A stretch of DNA of 63,717 bases, filler included, from Conidiobolus incongruus B7586 (taxonomy: Eukaryota), in the NCBI GenBank assembly GCA_000697335.1. It is 10 parts of 10 records of this genome, joined end to end, with 100 filler letters (N's around TTAATTAATTAA, not from the genome) between each part and the next. Parts side by side here need not be neighbours in the genome. Positions count along the whole stretch, not along the records: positions 23,979 to 29,689 come from JNEM01000210.1; positions 29,790 to 36,415 come from JNEM01000211.1; positions 36,516 to 43,711 come from JNEM01000212.1; 7 more parts are not named here. The stretch is one strand, 5' to 3'. Made by a program: the position numbers and the translations under genes. Shown here one piece after another: positions 23,979-38,636 of this stretch. Each line of letters starts with the position of its first letter. Positions within the stretch are counted from its first letter, which is position 1. The notes below the pieces were generated by a model that was not told where the DNA came from, did not search any database, and saw only the letters and a program-made list of their open reading frames with translations.

Positions 23979-26878
23979 AAACATTATTTTCTAATAAATA
24001 ATATTTTTTCTTATATGATAATATTTATAATTTAATAACTTAAAAATAACAAAATAATTATTATAGAATAATTTCTCTAATCTTTTAATTTTAACTTTAA
24101 ATATCTTTAATATTAACTAAATAAATTAATTAAAGTTTTTTCCCTAATAAAAAATTTAAATTAATTTTAAGAGTATATTTAAAAAGCTTATAATAATATT
24201 AGTTATAATTAATATAAGAAGCTAGTTAACTCTATATCTTATAAACTTATAAAGGTTAAAAATCAAAAGATAAATAAATTAAATATTAATTTATTAGGAT
24301 TATTAAAATTAACCAATTTATAACTAATTTTAAATATAATAATAATTTTAATATATCAATTAATTATTAATTAAATTTGATTTTATATAATATAATAAAG
24401 ATAAAAAGAATATATTAGTTATATAGTTTAATATAAATGCATTTGAATAAAAATTGAAATATTGATAGAAATATCAATATTTTTAATTTTTTAACTTATT
24501 TTTGCAAGCTAGAATATAAAATATCAATATAATTTTTATATTATTTAGGAAACATATTAATATTTTTATTATTATAAATAATTTAAACTATTAACTAATC
24601 TATATATATATTATTTTTATTAATTTTATATATAATTTAATTATAAAAATAGGTATTACATTTTGATAAGTAATTCCCATTTAAAAAATTCTATTAAATA
24701 TTTTAAAATAAATTAACTATTATTTTAAATTTAATAATAGTTTTTAAATCATTTATATTTAATATATATTTTGATAATTTAACCAAACTATTGAAAAATA
24801 TAGCAAAAATTCAAGGATAATATATATATATATATCATTATATAAAATACCTTTCCTTATAAAATAAATTGAAAAACACATAAATGTTTAATTTTTGTAA
24901 AATCAGTTTACAATATTATATAAATGATAATATAATTTCAAAAAATACAGAACTTGGTTTTATTTGTATCATTTATTATATATTAGATAATCCTTAATAC
25001 TTTATCGAACTGATCAAATTTACAAAAGATGTAGATTCAGTTACGGTAATATTATATTAATTTGTAGAAACTGATCAAACATAAACTAATAATAATTATA
25101 AGGAATAAAAAGCATAATATTATATATATACCTCAGATTTTGAAATATCCAATTTGATAATTAGAATATGATATTTCCTAAATTTAAAATATATAAAATG
25201 GTATTTTTCTTTCAAAATTAAAATTAAAATAAATAAGATAATTATAGAGTTAAACTAATTTTAATGTCTTTAAAGTTAATGAAATTTAAATCATAAAATC
25301 AGCTCACTCTCAATAATATCAAATATTTTAATTTCTATTTAATATTTCAAAATTATTTGAAAAAATTTACAAATTATAAAAGAAAATTTATTAGTTTCCT
25401 AAATCCGTATTTGGCATAAGAATTAAAATAAAATATTTTTCTTAAATATGATTGGATAAATTGAAGAAAGTTTTTAATTTTAATTTCTAATCCAATTATT
25501 TTTAGTTAATCTCATACATATAGAAAATTATATTCTTAAAATATACAGCAGTTTGAATTTAATATTTTAATATTTTATAAAAAAATAATAAAATTAAAAA
25601 ATTGCATATAAGTTAGAAATTATTAAATGTTATAATAAAGAAATAAACAAAGAAAAATTGAATCATTAACATAGTTCCTTAATTTTGTGCTTTCAATAAT
25701 AACTTTTTATATCATATATTTGTAAAGGTGCCAAAATCTGAAAAAAATTAAATTATTTTTCTATAATTGAAATTTTTTAAATAAATTGAATCAACCAATG
25801 GGGGATGATAAAATTATGCTATTAAATCATTCGATTCAAATAATCAGTTCCAAATCGTTGTATTTAGTAATATTTATGCAAATACTAATTCAAAATCAGT
25901 ATTGGGTGGCTGCTAGAATAATTATACTGAATACCTAGTTAAATTTGCCTATGCGATTTTCATTAATTCACATCTACGATTTGAAGAAATATTAATACAA
26001 TAAACTAATTCTAAATTTTTAATTTTTTAATTATATATAAATTAATGTATTATATTAATTTTAAAATTAATATATTTTCATGAAAAATTGAAAAAAAATA
26101 TTATAATCAATATTTCAAAATTTCTTTAATTAATAACATAATATAAAATTTACTCTGAATGATATATTAATCAAAATCTAGATTATTCATTTTATAATGA
26201 AATATTGTTACCATATAAAGAGTATCAAAAATTAATATATTAATCCATAGAGAGATATTTTTACATTATAATTATTAATATAGTTATATATTTATATATT
26301 TTTATATCTATACGCATATGAACAGAAAAACCTGTAATATCTTTATATTATTAGTTGTACAAACACAAAAGAATAAGTGATTGATATTTAAACTTTTTCT
26401 ATCAATATCATAATGTTAAATTAAAAAATTAATTTGATTGATTAAAAGCTGGCAATTATTAATTGTTTAATTTATATTGTAAAATAATGAAAATTAATAA
26501 AAATAAATACTTTGATCAAGTTTTAAAATGAACTATATTTTATATAGTAACTTTATATTGTAACATTTTGGAAAATAGCAATTGGTTGGAAATTACAATG
26601 ATATCATATATTATATTTTGTTTGATTGATTTTTTGAGTTGGAGTGATTAGGTTAAAAATAATTGGAGTTTAGGCTCAAGTTTAGTGTTAGTCAGGTTCA
26701 AAGTGTAGCAATAAAATTATATTTTGACAATTATTTTGGTATGGAAGTGTATTAGTGGTAAGATAGTGATGATCGTAGATTATATTAATTCGATTGATTT
26801 TATTATCATTAAAAAAAATTAATATATTAAAAATTGAAAATTTTAAAAATAAATGGAATACTTACATTAGTTAACAAT

Positions 26879-27796
26879 TTAAAGCGCGACTTCTTCAACC
26901 GGCGGCTTGTCTTTGTCTTCAGTATCAGCGGCATTGAGATCGACAATTGTTGCGGTGGCAGAAATCGTAGTACCTGCCTTTTCGAGTTCTGCTTTCTCAT
27001 TAGTTTCATCACCTTGGTTCGCTTTGGCTGCAGCTTCAGCCTCAGCCTCAGCAGCCTCTTCAGCCTGATTCTCGCGAATAAGCATGTAGACCTGACGCAC
27101 TTTACCCAGGCACAAGTATTCGATCTGAGTCCTAAACGCATAGTAGCAGCCTCTCACTGCGTTGTAGCGATAGTTGGGCTCGAATAACTCGACCAAAACG
27201 AGTCCCAAATCCACAATAGCGATGACCAAAATTATCATATTCATCCTAATGAGAATTTCATTATATGACTTGACACTGATCCCCATTACAGCTCTGAAAA
27301 TTTGGGAACATACGTAGAATTTAATGGCGATAATCAGCCCATTCACTATAATTATAGTAAGAATGTCTACGATATAAAGACCTTGTTTTAACGCTGTGGA
27401 TGTGTCATTCGCGGTGGCAAGTGGGTAGAATATGAGTCCCAGTAGTGTAAAGATTCCAGTCAATACATACATGCCAATATTCATGCCCTTGAGATTGAAA
27501 GGAACTACCATTTTGATCTGTCTGCTGAGCATCCAATAGTAGGTGGCAGTGTATCCGAGCCAAAAGAAGTAGATTAAGATACCCCACACCATATTATGGT
27601 TGGTATCGGTGCCAAAAGTCACAATGGAGATGAACAGCACATATATAGCACTGAGGACCATTGACACAAAGTGCAGGTAAAGGGAAAACATATCATCTAC
27701 GGCATTTCCCAATACAAAATGCAACAATACGGTTATTAATAGGATGGTGAAGACTCCAGTTACGGAGACCATAGATATAGCTTCCTGAGGTGTCAT
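26879..27796 (-). CDS. Intronless multi-pass (6-7 TM) membrane protein, GPCR-like topology, acidic EA-rich tail
   Basis: Long ORF with coding-like GC; first ATG at 27796 (MTPQE). Six clear hydrophobic segments plus a more polar seventh; tail AEEAAEAEAEAAAK. Family not recognised. Confidence 0.8.
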   Translation of the reverse strand: MTPQEAISMVSVTGVFTILLITVLLHFVLGNAVDDMFSLYLHFVSMVLSAIYVLFISIVTFGTDTNHNMVWGILIYFFWLGYTATYYWMLSRQIKMVVPFNLKGMNIGMYVLTGIFTLLGLIFYPLATANDTSTALKQGLYIVDILTIIIVNGLIIAIKFYVCSQIFRAVMGISVKSYNEILIRMNMIILVIAIVDLGLVLVELFEPNYRYNAVRGCYYAFRTQIEYLCLGKVRQVYMLIRENQAEEAAEAEAEAAAKANQGDETNEKAELEKAGTTISATATIVDLNAADTEDKDKPPVEEVAL

Positions 27797-29689
27797 GTCA
27801 ATTGATAATTTAACATTCACTTACTCACACTAAACAAATTATCACTGACTTGAACAACCTTAGCGGTTTTATATCAAATTTGAAATTCTTGCAAATCAAT
27901 AACATTTGGTATCGCAATGAAATCGTATTGAATCAACAGCCAATTACATTCAAAGTTCTAATGAATATTTCAAAGTGTATCAATTAGCCATTCTCGATTA
28001 TTAAGAGTAATAATTACTGGTAAAGGTAATTTCTATATAATATAACTTTATCAAACTTTTTTCCAAGAACCAATTTCATGTGTTGATATTCACTCAACAT
28101 TTCTATTCATTTGATATTTTTGTAGTAAATTATTATTAAAACATAATTTAAATGTTTTGTATTAAAACAGAATAATTTTAGAAAAATATAACATATAATA
28201 TATCCAACCATTTGATTCAAATCTTTTATTAATTTATATTTTTTAAATCAATTTTTATTAATACTCTAAAATATTTTGGCGATTTTTTGAATCTCTAGTT
28301 AGCTGACTAGCCAAGTAGTCATGACTAAATTTGTAAAAGTTAGAATTCAATCTAAAAAATATTGAGATGAATGGTATAACTAACAATGTATAATAATTAT
28401 GATGTGCTAATTCTACTAAAGCAAATTATTAATGGCCATTAAATACAAATGCAATATAACTAGAAAATTTTAATAAATTATTATATTTTAACCAAATTTA
28501 TATTTAATGTTAATTTTAATTTTTTTATCAAAAATATTTTACAAATTTCGAAGTTTAATGAATTCAATTAAAAAATATACTTAAAACATCTTTTCAAATC
28601 TATTAATATATATAAACTATTAATCATAAAGACCAATCTAAAAAGTTATATTAACCCCATCATAATTATTTAATATCTTTTTGAACTATTTTTATTTCAA
28701 TCATTGAACTTTGATATAAATAAACCATTATTAGAAAATAAAACAAAATATCAATATAAGTGGAATAAATCGGATTAAAAGTAAATAATATAGTCCTTAT
28801 TATTGATTACTCTGTTTAAGTTGGAACCATTAAAAAAATATTAAATAATCAATGGATAAAAATATTTTAAATATTTGATTTATTTCCTTTTAAGTGATAT
28901 CTTATTAACTGGATTAATATATCAGGATATATTATTTTAATTTTGATAAAATAATCAAAATTATTTTTTATATCAGTAATATTTTGAAAATTTATATTCT
29001 AGTAAACTATTATTTAATAAATATATTGAAAAATTTATAACTATTTTCTGAGTTTATATATAATATTTTAGGGCTTTATTTATATAAATAATAATCCGAA
29101 ATAATCTTTTATAAACAAAGGTAAGCTTTGGTAAAATTAATTTATTGGTAATTATTTTTAATTTAGTTTTTATTATGCTTTAATTGGATTATTTATATAA
29201 ATTTTGTAATTATCTATTTTTTAAGGATAATTAGGATATTCTTTTTTTGATATATGCTTAAATTACATTGTTTTATTATATACTTTATTAATTAGTCCAT
29301 TTAGTTCTTTTTCCCCTAGTTTGCTTGTTTTTGTTTATCCTAATTTTTTTACCTTTGTTTAATTCTCTAATTTTTCAAATATTTAGTTATTTAAGTATAA
29401 TTATTATTTCAAACATTATCAATTAATAATTTTAAACTATAAAACCCATTAATTTTATTGATTAAGATGATAGTTTAAAAACTTTAAATTAAATTAATTA
29501 AAATAAATTTTTTTATTTTAAATCTTAACCAGCCATTTATATTCTATTTTTTTCTTTAAAAACTAATTAATAATATTCAAAATTATGAATAATCTTTTAA
29601 TTATATTATCTTTAATATTGATGAATAAAAATTTATTAATGAATATTATTTAAAAAATAATTTATAAAGATTTTAAAATATATAATTAA

Positions 29690-29789
29690 NNNNNNNNNNN
29701 NNNNNNNNNNNNNNNNNNNNNNNNNNNNNNNNNTTAATTAATTAANNNNNNNNNNNNNNNNNNNNNNNNNNNNNNNNNNNNNNNNNNNN
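29690..29789. other. Artificial contig spacer
   Basis: N44-TTAATTAATTAA-N44. Confidence 0.98.
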
Positions 29790-29926
29790 TAAAAAAGTTA
29801 ATTTTTTAATCAAAAAAATTATTATATATATATATTAATAATATATAATTTCCTATTAACTTTGTATATTTTTATTTATTTCAAACTAATAATATTTTTG
29901 AAAAATCAGAAATTAAAAAATTTCCC
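29790..29926 (-). repeat. Dispersed repeat family C, copy 2
   Basis: Inverted homology to 15226-15365, running to the contig edge; terminus reads GGGAAATTTTTTAA on the minus strand. Confidence 0.75.
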
Positions 29927-30787
29927 ATTATTTTAAATTCAAGGTAATTTTAATTTTGGTAATTATTTTATTTATTAGATATTATTAATATAATATTATA
30001 ATTAAATTACCAAAAATTAAAAATTTTCTATAATTAATAATCAGTAATTAATAAATAATAAAAAAATAAACTATTACCTCAGATTTTAATAATAAAATTA
30101 AATTTATATAAAATTATTGAAACTAATATCTTATTGAAATATTTTGATTATAATATATTAAATTAAATATTATTTGGATAGCTTTTATTTATTAATTTTA
30201 ATATTAGTGAGTTTATATAGTTTAATAATAACTGATATATTATCTTTTAGACCTTTTGAATAATCTTTTAAATTAGAGATTTGATATTAAATTATTTTTA
30301 GAGAATATTGAATTTTTATAATATTATATACTTTATATTAATAAAGATAAATAATAATTCAAATCAATTGATTTGTATTTGGATTGAATTATAAAACTCT
30401 CTTTTAAAGTTGTGTACAAAGAATTTGATGATTATTTGAGACCATAATTTTCTTTAAAACGTGAATAATATTTTAATATTATAGTGTAATGATATTCATT
30501 ATAAGATATGAATTTGTTAAAATGCATTTGATACTCTATAATAATTTGATTATATAATTATTATGCTCAAACGTAGTTTATATCTATGAAAATTTTGTTC
30601 AAAATAAATCCATGAAATATTAAAAAATATTAAATGACAAAAACATTTAATTAATGTCAATAAATTTTATATTTTAATTATAATCAAATAAAATATAATA
30701 TATATATTAATAGCTGAATATTATTCAATATCATTTTTGAATCAAATATGATGAAAAATATATAAATGACATTTTTATGATTTTAAG

Positions 30788-30823
30788 GATTTTAATGATT
30801 CTAATGATTCTAGTGATTCTAAT
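30788..30823 (+). repeat. 9-bp tandem repeat (GATTCTAAT)x4
   Basis: gattttaat gattctaat gattctagt gattctaat. Confidence 0.85.
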
Positions 30824-31552
30824 CAAAACCTTTTTATTTAAAATTTCATGAATATGGTATTAGATTCTATATAAACTAGTGTGATGGTTAATTGTTTCGA
30901 ATAACATCAATGAGAGGAAGTAATATGCGTGAAATATCAAGCAGTATCAAAAACATATACTTAATTTAAAGTTATTGATTAGAGTGTTAGTTCATAAAAT
31001 AATAAAATATATAAAAATGTAAAATTGATAATCACAATAACTGAATTAATCTTTAACAAATTTCTATTAATATAATTATCATATAAAATTTATTAAATAA
31101 ATTTAATAGTTTTAAAAATTTATTCTTTTTATGTATAATTTATTTATTTATTTATTAATATTGTCGGTAATATCCTCTATTTACAACTTTCAATAAATTA
31201 ATTGTATCATTAATTAAACAATTGACGACATTATTATTCAAATTACATAATAATTTACAAATACTTGAATTACACATACATAATTTTAAATACAACTATT
31301 TTTAGACATTTAAGTTAGAATGGTAAGTTTACCCGGGTTCCAATTTTTGAATAATTTTGTCGATGCCACAAACATGGTTAAATAAGTTGTAAATTTGATT
31401 GGTTTGTATTGAATCATATGAAACGATAATTTATGTCTAGTTTCAATATGTTTAACTATATTCAATTTGGGGTGAAACAAAATTACCAGTATATATATAG
31501 AGTGTTTAAAGACTATGTCATTAAACCAATCCACTTGAGTAGTTATTTGAAA

Positions 31553-32710
31553 ATGACAAATACTGATAATCACACTAAACAAGTCACCCCTTCTGAAGAA
31601 AAGAATAATGGTAATTAAATAACTTCAGTATCATATTTTTATTAAATTTTCAATTTATAGTTAGCAAACCGATGGTTGGGTATAATAAATTATCTGATGG
31701 TCCTCAACATGGAGTTAATCAATTCATAGCAAATGTTGAAGTTGCAGGTAAGTATAATCTATATTAATTTTAATCGCTACTCTAATCCAATTGCAGTCCC
31801 TTTACTTCCATCTCATAATGGAACCATTGGAATCGCCGACTTGGGCTGTAGTCAGGGAAAACATTCAATGTCCGTAATTAGACAGCTACTAGATGAAATC
31901 AAAAAAAGAGAAGAATATGTCAAAGATTTAAAAATGATCAATTTTTACCATGAAGACTTACCTGATAACGATTTTGATGCAGTTAAGAAATGTATTCAAG
32001 ATCCAGAAATAGGTTATTTATCACATGACTTGTTTAAAAACTATAATATCCAAGTCAACTCAGATTGTATTGGAAAATCGTTCTATGAGCAAATTGTTGA
32101 TGCTAATACAGTTGATATCGCGTTTTGCTACGCTTCATTGCATTTTTTGCCAGAGTATAAACCAACCAAGTACGGACTCGCATATACACCAGAATATGGA
32201 GACGAAGAGCTTACCAATTGGTTCAATAATACATCTAATAACTACTTGGCTAAGTGGCTAGATGCCCGTTATAATGAGTTGAAACCTGGTGGTTTATTGA
32301 GTTTTAATATTCCTACCTACTCCAACTTCCAGACTTGGTTGAATCGCAATTGGGCAAAAGTATTCCAAGCACGAGGTCTCGACCATCGCGATTTTGGAAA
32401 AGTAGTATTCCCAGTTTATTATCGACCATTGGAAATAGTAAAGAATTTATTCAAGCAATACGAATCCAAATTCCAGGTTATCCGATCACATACCGTCCAA
32501 AATCGTTCTACAATGACTCCACCAAGAGACAGGTTCAAAGCTGTCATCTTCAATCAGATTATTTCTGGCTTGGAACAATATCCTGAGGTGTTTAAAGATG
32601 AAGCTGATAGAAATCAAATTTATCAAGAATTGGAGGATTTATGCTTTGAAGATAAAGAGCACATTGATAATAGAAGTGAATTTGAATGGATCGTATTGAA
32701 AAAGTTATAA
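31553..32710 (+). CDS. SABATH-family (Methyltransf_7) SAM-dependent small-molecule methyltransferase (~352 aa; exons 31553-31610, 31661-31747, 31797-32710)
   Basis: Motifs MVGYNKLS..Q, IADLGCSQG.HS, FYHEDLPDNDF, IGKSFYEQIV..TVDIAFCYASLHFL, RYNELKPGG; two short GT-AG introns keep frame. Confidence 0.92.
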
Positions 32711-35534
32711 AGAAATTTTAAAATAATTTATAATAAACCTATTAAATATATATAAAAATCAATATAAAGAATATACTCACCAATTTTATATTTTACTTCA
32801 AACTCAATTTGTAATTATAAATATTTTTAATTTGTTTTAATTATTAATAGTTTTAATATATATACATCTTGAGACAAGACATAATAGGTGATTTTTAATA
32901 TACTTCTATCAAAAAATATAAATATATTCAAAAACTTTATCAAAGTCATTCTTTTTTATTATTACCATTTTTTAATAAAAACTTCAGAAAAATAATTAAT
33001 ATTAAAGCATCAATTATTTTAAGTACTGCTTTCTATAGTTCCTTTTCTTTTAACAATATGAAGAATTAAAAATATATATTTATTCAAATAATTTTCAAAA
33101 TAAATATGCAATGAAAATGGGTCGAACCTATATAAAAGTTCTTACAGAGTTAAAACTCTATTTAACTCAAGAATAATTGATTATTTCAGTATTATGTTTT
33201 ATTGTTTATAATATAAGTTTATAGTTTAAAAGAACAATTTTTTAAATAATTCAAATCACAATCTTTGTTATCGAAAATTAAAAATATTTTATTTGTTTAA
33301 TATTTATATAGGTTCAATTCTAATAAATAGTCTAGTTATGAACATTACTATGTCCTAGGATATATAATATGATAGCCGTCAAAAATATCTTATTATCCTT
33401 AATTATTGTAGAATAGATGTTGTATTATTGTAATTGAGTAGAATTACAATTCTTTATCAATCAATCATATTTTTGATTATAGATTATAGATTAATTATAC
33501 AGAATTATTTCATATTAACAAATGATGTGAATTAAATCGATTAGTACAAAAGTTTATAATGATATACATAATAAAAATAGATCATAACATCAATGCATAA
33601 GTTATTAAAAATCTGTTAATAATATTATAGATATATTAAATTAATCATAAATTATTTCCAGGACACCATAGTGTGATAATTTGATTAATTTGAAAGTACC
33701 GTATTATTAAACACAGTATTTATAAACAATCTCCTAATAATATTTCCTTTAGATGTTCTAAAATCGTTTTATAATCTTCATTTTCACTTATATTTTATTC
33801 TATATTTTATATATTTTATCTCTAATTGATATATCTGATCTGAAATATGGTACCTAAATGTCAAATTAAAATAAAATCAGACATTAAAACTGCTCTTTAG
33901 TGGTAAATATATAAATATTCTTCGATCATCTATGTTTTAATACAAAATAAATATTATCATATAATAATTCGAGGCAGTTAAATTGTATTTAATTAATTTT
34001 ATTAGTTCATATGTAAAATATGATACAATTGGCTGATATACATCAATAAATTTCAATTCATATGGGAACATACTGGCATATATATTCAAATATATAGTTA
34101 TAGGAAAAATCAAATGAATATTTGGAATTAAAATAACAAAAATACACTGTAGCTTTAATGAATTTGTCTAAGAAATGAACAGCAATAAGTATAAATTTAA
34201 AAAATAATTAATTCTTTAATCGCAAGCATAAGATAAGATGAAATTTGAGTAAAAAGCAATTAATAAGAGAAAAACTAATTAGAGTGTTTAGAAATAAATT
34301 AATTTGTGTTTCATATTTAATAAATTTCAAAACTTTATAAATTTTTGCTATATTTAGATATAGAATTATGAAAAAATTTATTTATTAAAATAGAATATCT
34401 ATGTAAAAACTATTGGTCCAATCTTTGAAGTATAATACTTTACAATCAATATTAATATCAATAGTTATTAATAAGATATAATTTGGCAGTTTTTTTAAAT
34501 AACTTTTAAATATCCAAATTACTTAAAATTCAAATTACTTTTACAATCTCAGTATTTTTTAATAATATTTATAATTTAAAACACAGATCTATTTATATTA
34601 TGATTAATATATTAATTATTGTTTGATAATTCAATTTTTGATTTATTTTCATTTATGTTTAGTATTTATTGATATTATATAAAGAAATAATAAAATATAT
34701 TTAATATTTTTCTGAATTTTTTAATTTGAAGACAAAATCAAGTTATTTCAATTTAAAAATAATTTCATAAAATAAAAAAATTCAAATTATCATATAATTA
34801 AATAATTAATAATATTGTATATATTATATATTAAAGAATTTTTTATAAATATAAAGATATACTTAAGATTATTATTAAATTTAAATAATGGTTTTAATAC
34901 TTGAATTGGATTTTTATAAATTAAATATTTCAAACTCAATAATTTCAAAAATAGGCATTTTATCTTAATTATTTAAAACTGTTTAATAAATAAAATAAGT
35001 ATAAAATATTTATATATTAATTATAATTTTTATAAGAGTGAATCAATTATATTCTAAAATAACTATCCTTATTTTTTATTTTTAAATATATGAACATATA
35101 TATCAATTAGGTAATATTATAAGTATTTTATTTTTAATTTATTTAAATTTTCTAATAATTAAATAAAAATATAAAAAAGATGATAGAACTATTTTACATT
35201 ATATTAACTATCATAATTAATTAATAACAAAATAAAACCAAAAAAATAAAACTTATATTTGAAATATAATTTATATATAGTTAAAATAAATATTCGAATT
35301 AAAAATATATTTTATAACTAAGATAATAGTATAATTTCTTTAAAAATGTAATTTGCGTATTTATCAAATTTTTGTCATTTAATATTATTATTATGATTGA
35401 ATTTCAAATATATATATAATTCATATATTTATAAAACAATATTGGAGTTAAACTTTAATAAATTTGGAATCATTGGTTAAGTATCACTATTAAAAATTTA
35501 TATTATAATTATCATTATATATATTTCTTTTGTT

Positions 35535-35610
35535 TAAGGAATTTCTATTAATTTTTTGAAACTAATATAGATATATATATATAGTAATCAAGATTTAAAA
35601 AAAATTATTT
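35535..35610 (+). repeat. Possible partial third copy of repeat family C
   Basis: taagggaattt...ttttgaaac...tatatatatatagtaatcaagatttaaaaaaaatta shares the GGGAA terminus, TA run and downstream segment, with an internal deletion; low complexity weakens the match. Confidence 0.35.
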
Positions 35611-36415
35611 GTTAATATAATTTCTTAGACGTGTTAAGAGTTATTTAATACCAAATTAACTGAATATAAAATTATTATTCAATAATACGAAATATATCAT
35701 AAAGGATTCGATTTTTGAATTATAAGAATAGAATATAATATTTAATCTGATAATATAGTGTTTATTTTTGATATCAATTCATTAAGCAACTGTTATCACG
35801 TGTTATTATAATAATTTTAGCCTTGTATGTAAGTATTAAAATAATTTAACCATGTGTATCTAAAAAACCAACTAAATAAAATTAATATAAAAAATATAAC
35901 CCTGAAACTCTTTCTATTATTTAAATTTTAGAATTAAATTGTAAAGAAAATCTGATATCATAAAATAGTTCTGAATTAATATTATAAAAATTAATCCTAT
36001 TAATTAATAGCATATATATCTATATCCTTACAAAAAATATTATTATTTTATCAAAATCAATATATTAATAATATTAATCCATTAGTAAGTAACTATAGAA
36101 ATATATTCATTTAACTAGGATAATTTACAAACAGAATCTATTTATTAGAATAATAGATAAATGATCAAAGTTTGTATTTTTCAATAATATAATTAGTTTT
36201 AAAATAATATATATCTAAAAAATAAATAGCTTATAATTGTATATTGATTTTATATATATTTTTTTATAATAATTCTTTAATAAAAACTTTTAATTTATAA
36301 ATTTAATAATAAATTAAGTTATATTTGAATTATATAATAATTATCAAAAGACCTTTATTTTGATATTATTAAAATTAACTATAGACCCTTTAAAAATATT
36401 TAAAGTTTGGGAATA

Positions 36416-36515
36416 NNNNNNNNNNNNNNNNNNNNNNNNNNNNNNNNNNNNNNNNNNNNTTAATTAATTAANNNNNNNNNNNNNNNNNNNNNNNNNNNNN
36501 NNNNNNNNNNNNNNN
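36416..36515. other. Artificial contig spacer
   Basis: N44-TTAATTAATTAA-N44. Confidence 0.98.
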
Positions 36516-38636
36516 TAATATCATTAAAGTTTTATATATTAATATATTAGTTTTATATTTTAATTTATCAATATTTTATCAATTCCTAAATTTTTATTTT
36601 GTTTAATTATAAATAATAATAATATTTCAAAAGTAAATTTTGAATATAAATATATTTATTATAAAATTAAAATTAATTATAGTTTTTAAAATCATAGCTA
36701 TTTGGATATAATTAAATAATTCTATTATATTTTTTCGAATAATATATAAACTTATTATAGATGTTATAATAATAATATTATTTCAAAAACTCTTAATTAA
36801 TTAATATAAACAATATAATTAAATATTAAATATATTGAAAAAGTCTAAATATCATGTTTTAAAAATTATTTCAAATTAAATTTCAAAGTATTATTTATGC
36901 ATTTTATTAAAAAATGAAATAACTATTTCAAAATTCCGAAACTTATTACAAAAACCAACTATGTATATAGTATATTTATTTTTTGACTAACAAAGTTATA
37001 AGTATAAATTTATAAAATATTTGAAATATAAATAATAATATTGATTATTTTAACCAAGCTTTATATATATTAGTTTTAATTTATTTGAAGCTTATAATAC
37101 TATAATTTATAATCAATAAACAGAATTAGAAATATTGGTATATATTGAATTAACTAAGGGATAAAATAAAGAATAAAAAATAATAATTATGGGTTTTCCT
37201 TATGATAATATTTAACCCAGCATATTAATATAATATCATAATATATGAAATAAAGGTTTGAATATATAATTTATTATAATGAAATTTAAAGTATTAATAT
37301 TAATAAATATATATTTACCATTTATATATACCAGAATAAAATTAAATTAACAAACACCAAATTTTATTTTTAATAAGGATATACTTTGCTATTAGTTTAT
37401 ATTGAAAATATTATAAACTATTATAATTATCTTATAAATAAATAATTCATTTAATGCACTTTATATTTATTTTCAAATAACTATATACGAATAGTTGAAA
37501 TAATTATAACTTTCCTTATTCACAAAAATTAATATTCATTTCTCTATCTTTTATCCTCACAAAATAATATTCCCTGTCATTATAATGGTTTAAATAGTTT
37601 AAATAACTAATTAAAAGAAATAATATATTTCAGTAGTATCTTTACAATATATTTTAAATTAAGCTATAATATAAAATATTAATGTTAAAAAATATTGAAG
37701 TTAGTTGATCCAATACAATAGCTATGAAATCATATAATTGAAAGAGGATTATTAAGTAACATTGCTTTTATTCTAGTTTATTATATTTCATTATAATATT
37801 CTGACTCACTAAACTTAATTTTTTAAAGACTATATAAAAACTTTTCCTTTAACAACCATTTTAAATAATTATTACTTAATTCATTTTAATAAGGGTCGAA
37901 ATTATTTTAATAATTGTTCATTTTTAAAGACATTTTTAAATTGAATTTTTCCAAACTAATATTTGAATTTTATTGAATTTGTTTCAAACATTTTAGTTTT
38001 GAATTTATATAATTAATTCTAATAAAATAATTTAAATGGCTATTCATAATTGATTTCCGTGTCAACCAACTTTTTCTCCTTTAATATTGTATTAAATAAA
38101 GTTATATCTATTTTTGGGTAATCTTCTCCATTCTAGTATCCTAGTGTTTAATTAATTGACAATATTCAAAGCTTAACCATTTCAATAATTTTTATAATAA
38201 TTAATTTATAAATTCTGCAATATCATGAATTTGAAGATTATATTAAACTTGATATCCATTGAATTATCTCATCAATATAATACTATACCGATCATTATTT
38301 GATTATAACTCTTCAATTATCGTCTCTTTCAATTTATCATTAAAATAAGTTAATTGGATGAATTTATTAAATCATTCTGATTACCTTAATTGGTGACCTT
38401 TCTGGAGAAATCTGTAATAATTCCAATTAAGTAATAAAAATCAAAATCAAATTACTGATAAAGTATTCTAAATTTCACTAAATCAAATCAAATTATTTTA
38501 ATTGGATAAATTTTATAACTTTCGTCACCTCTTCCCACATTCTTAAATTCTCATTAAATTCGATAAAATAACCAATCAATTAATCACTATAATATTATTC
38601 ATTTATTCAATAGTAAATAATAAAATAATTAAAAAT

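Noticed and set aside
24457..24482. Perfect 11-bp hairpin AAATATTGATA-GAAA-TATCAATATTT
   Set aside because: Almost all A/T in a very AT-rich tract; plausible by chance, with no associated feature.
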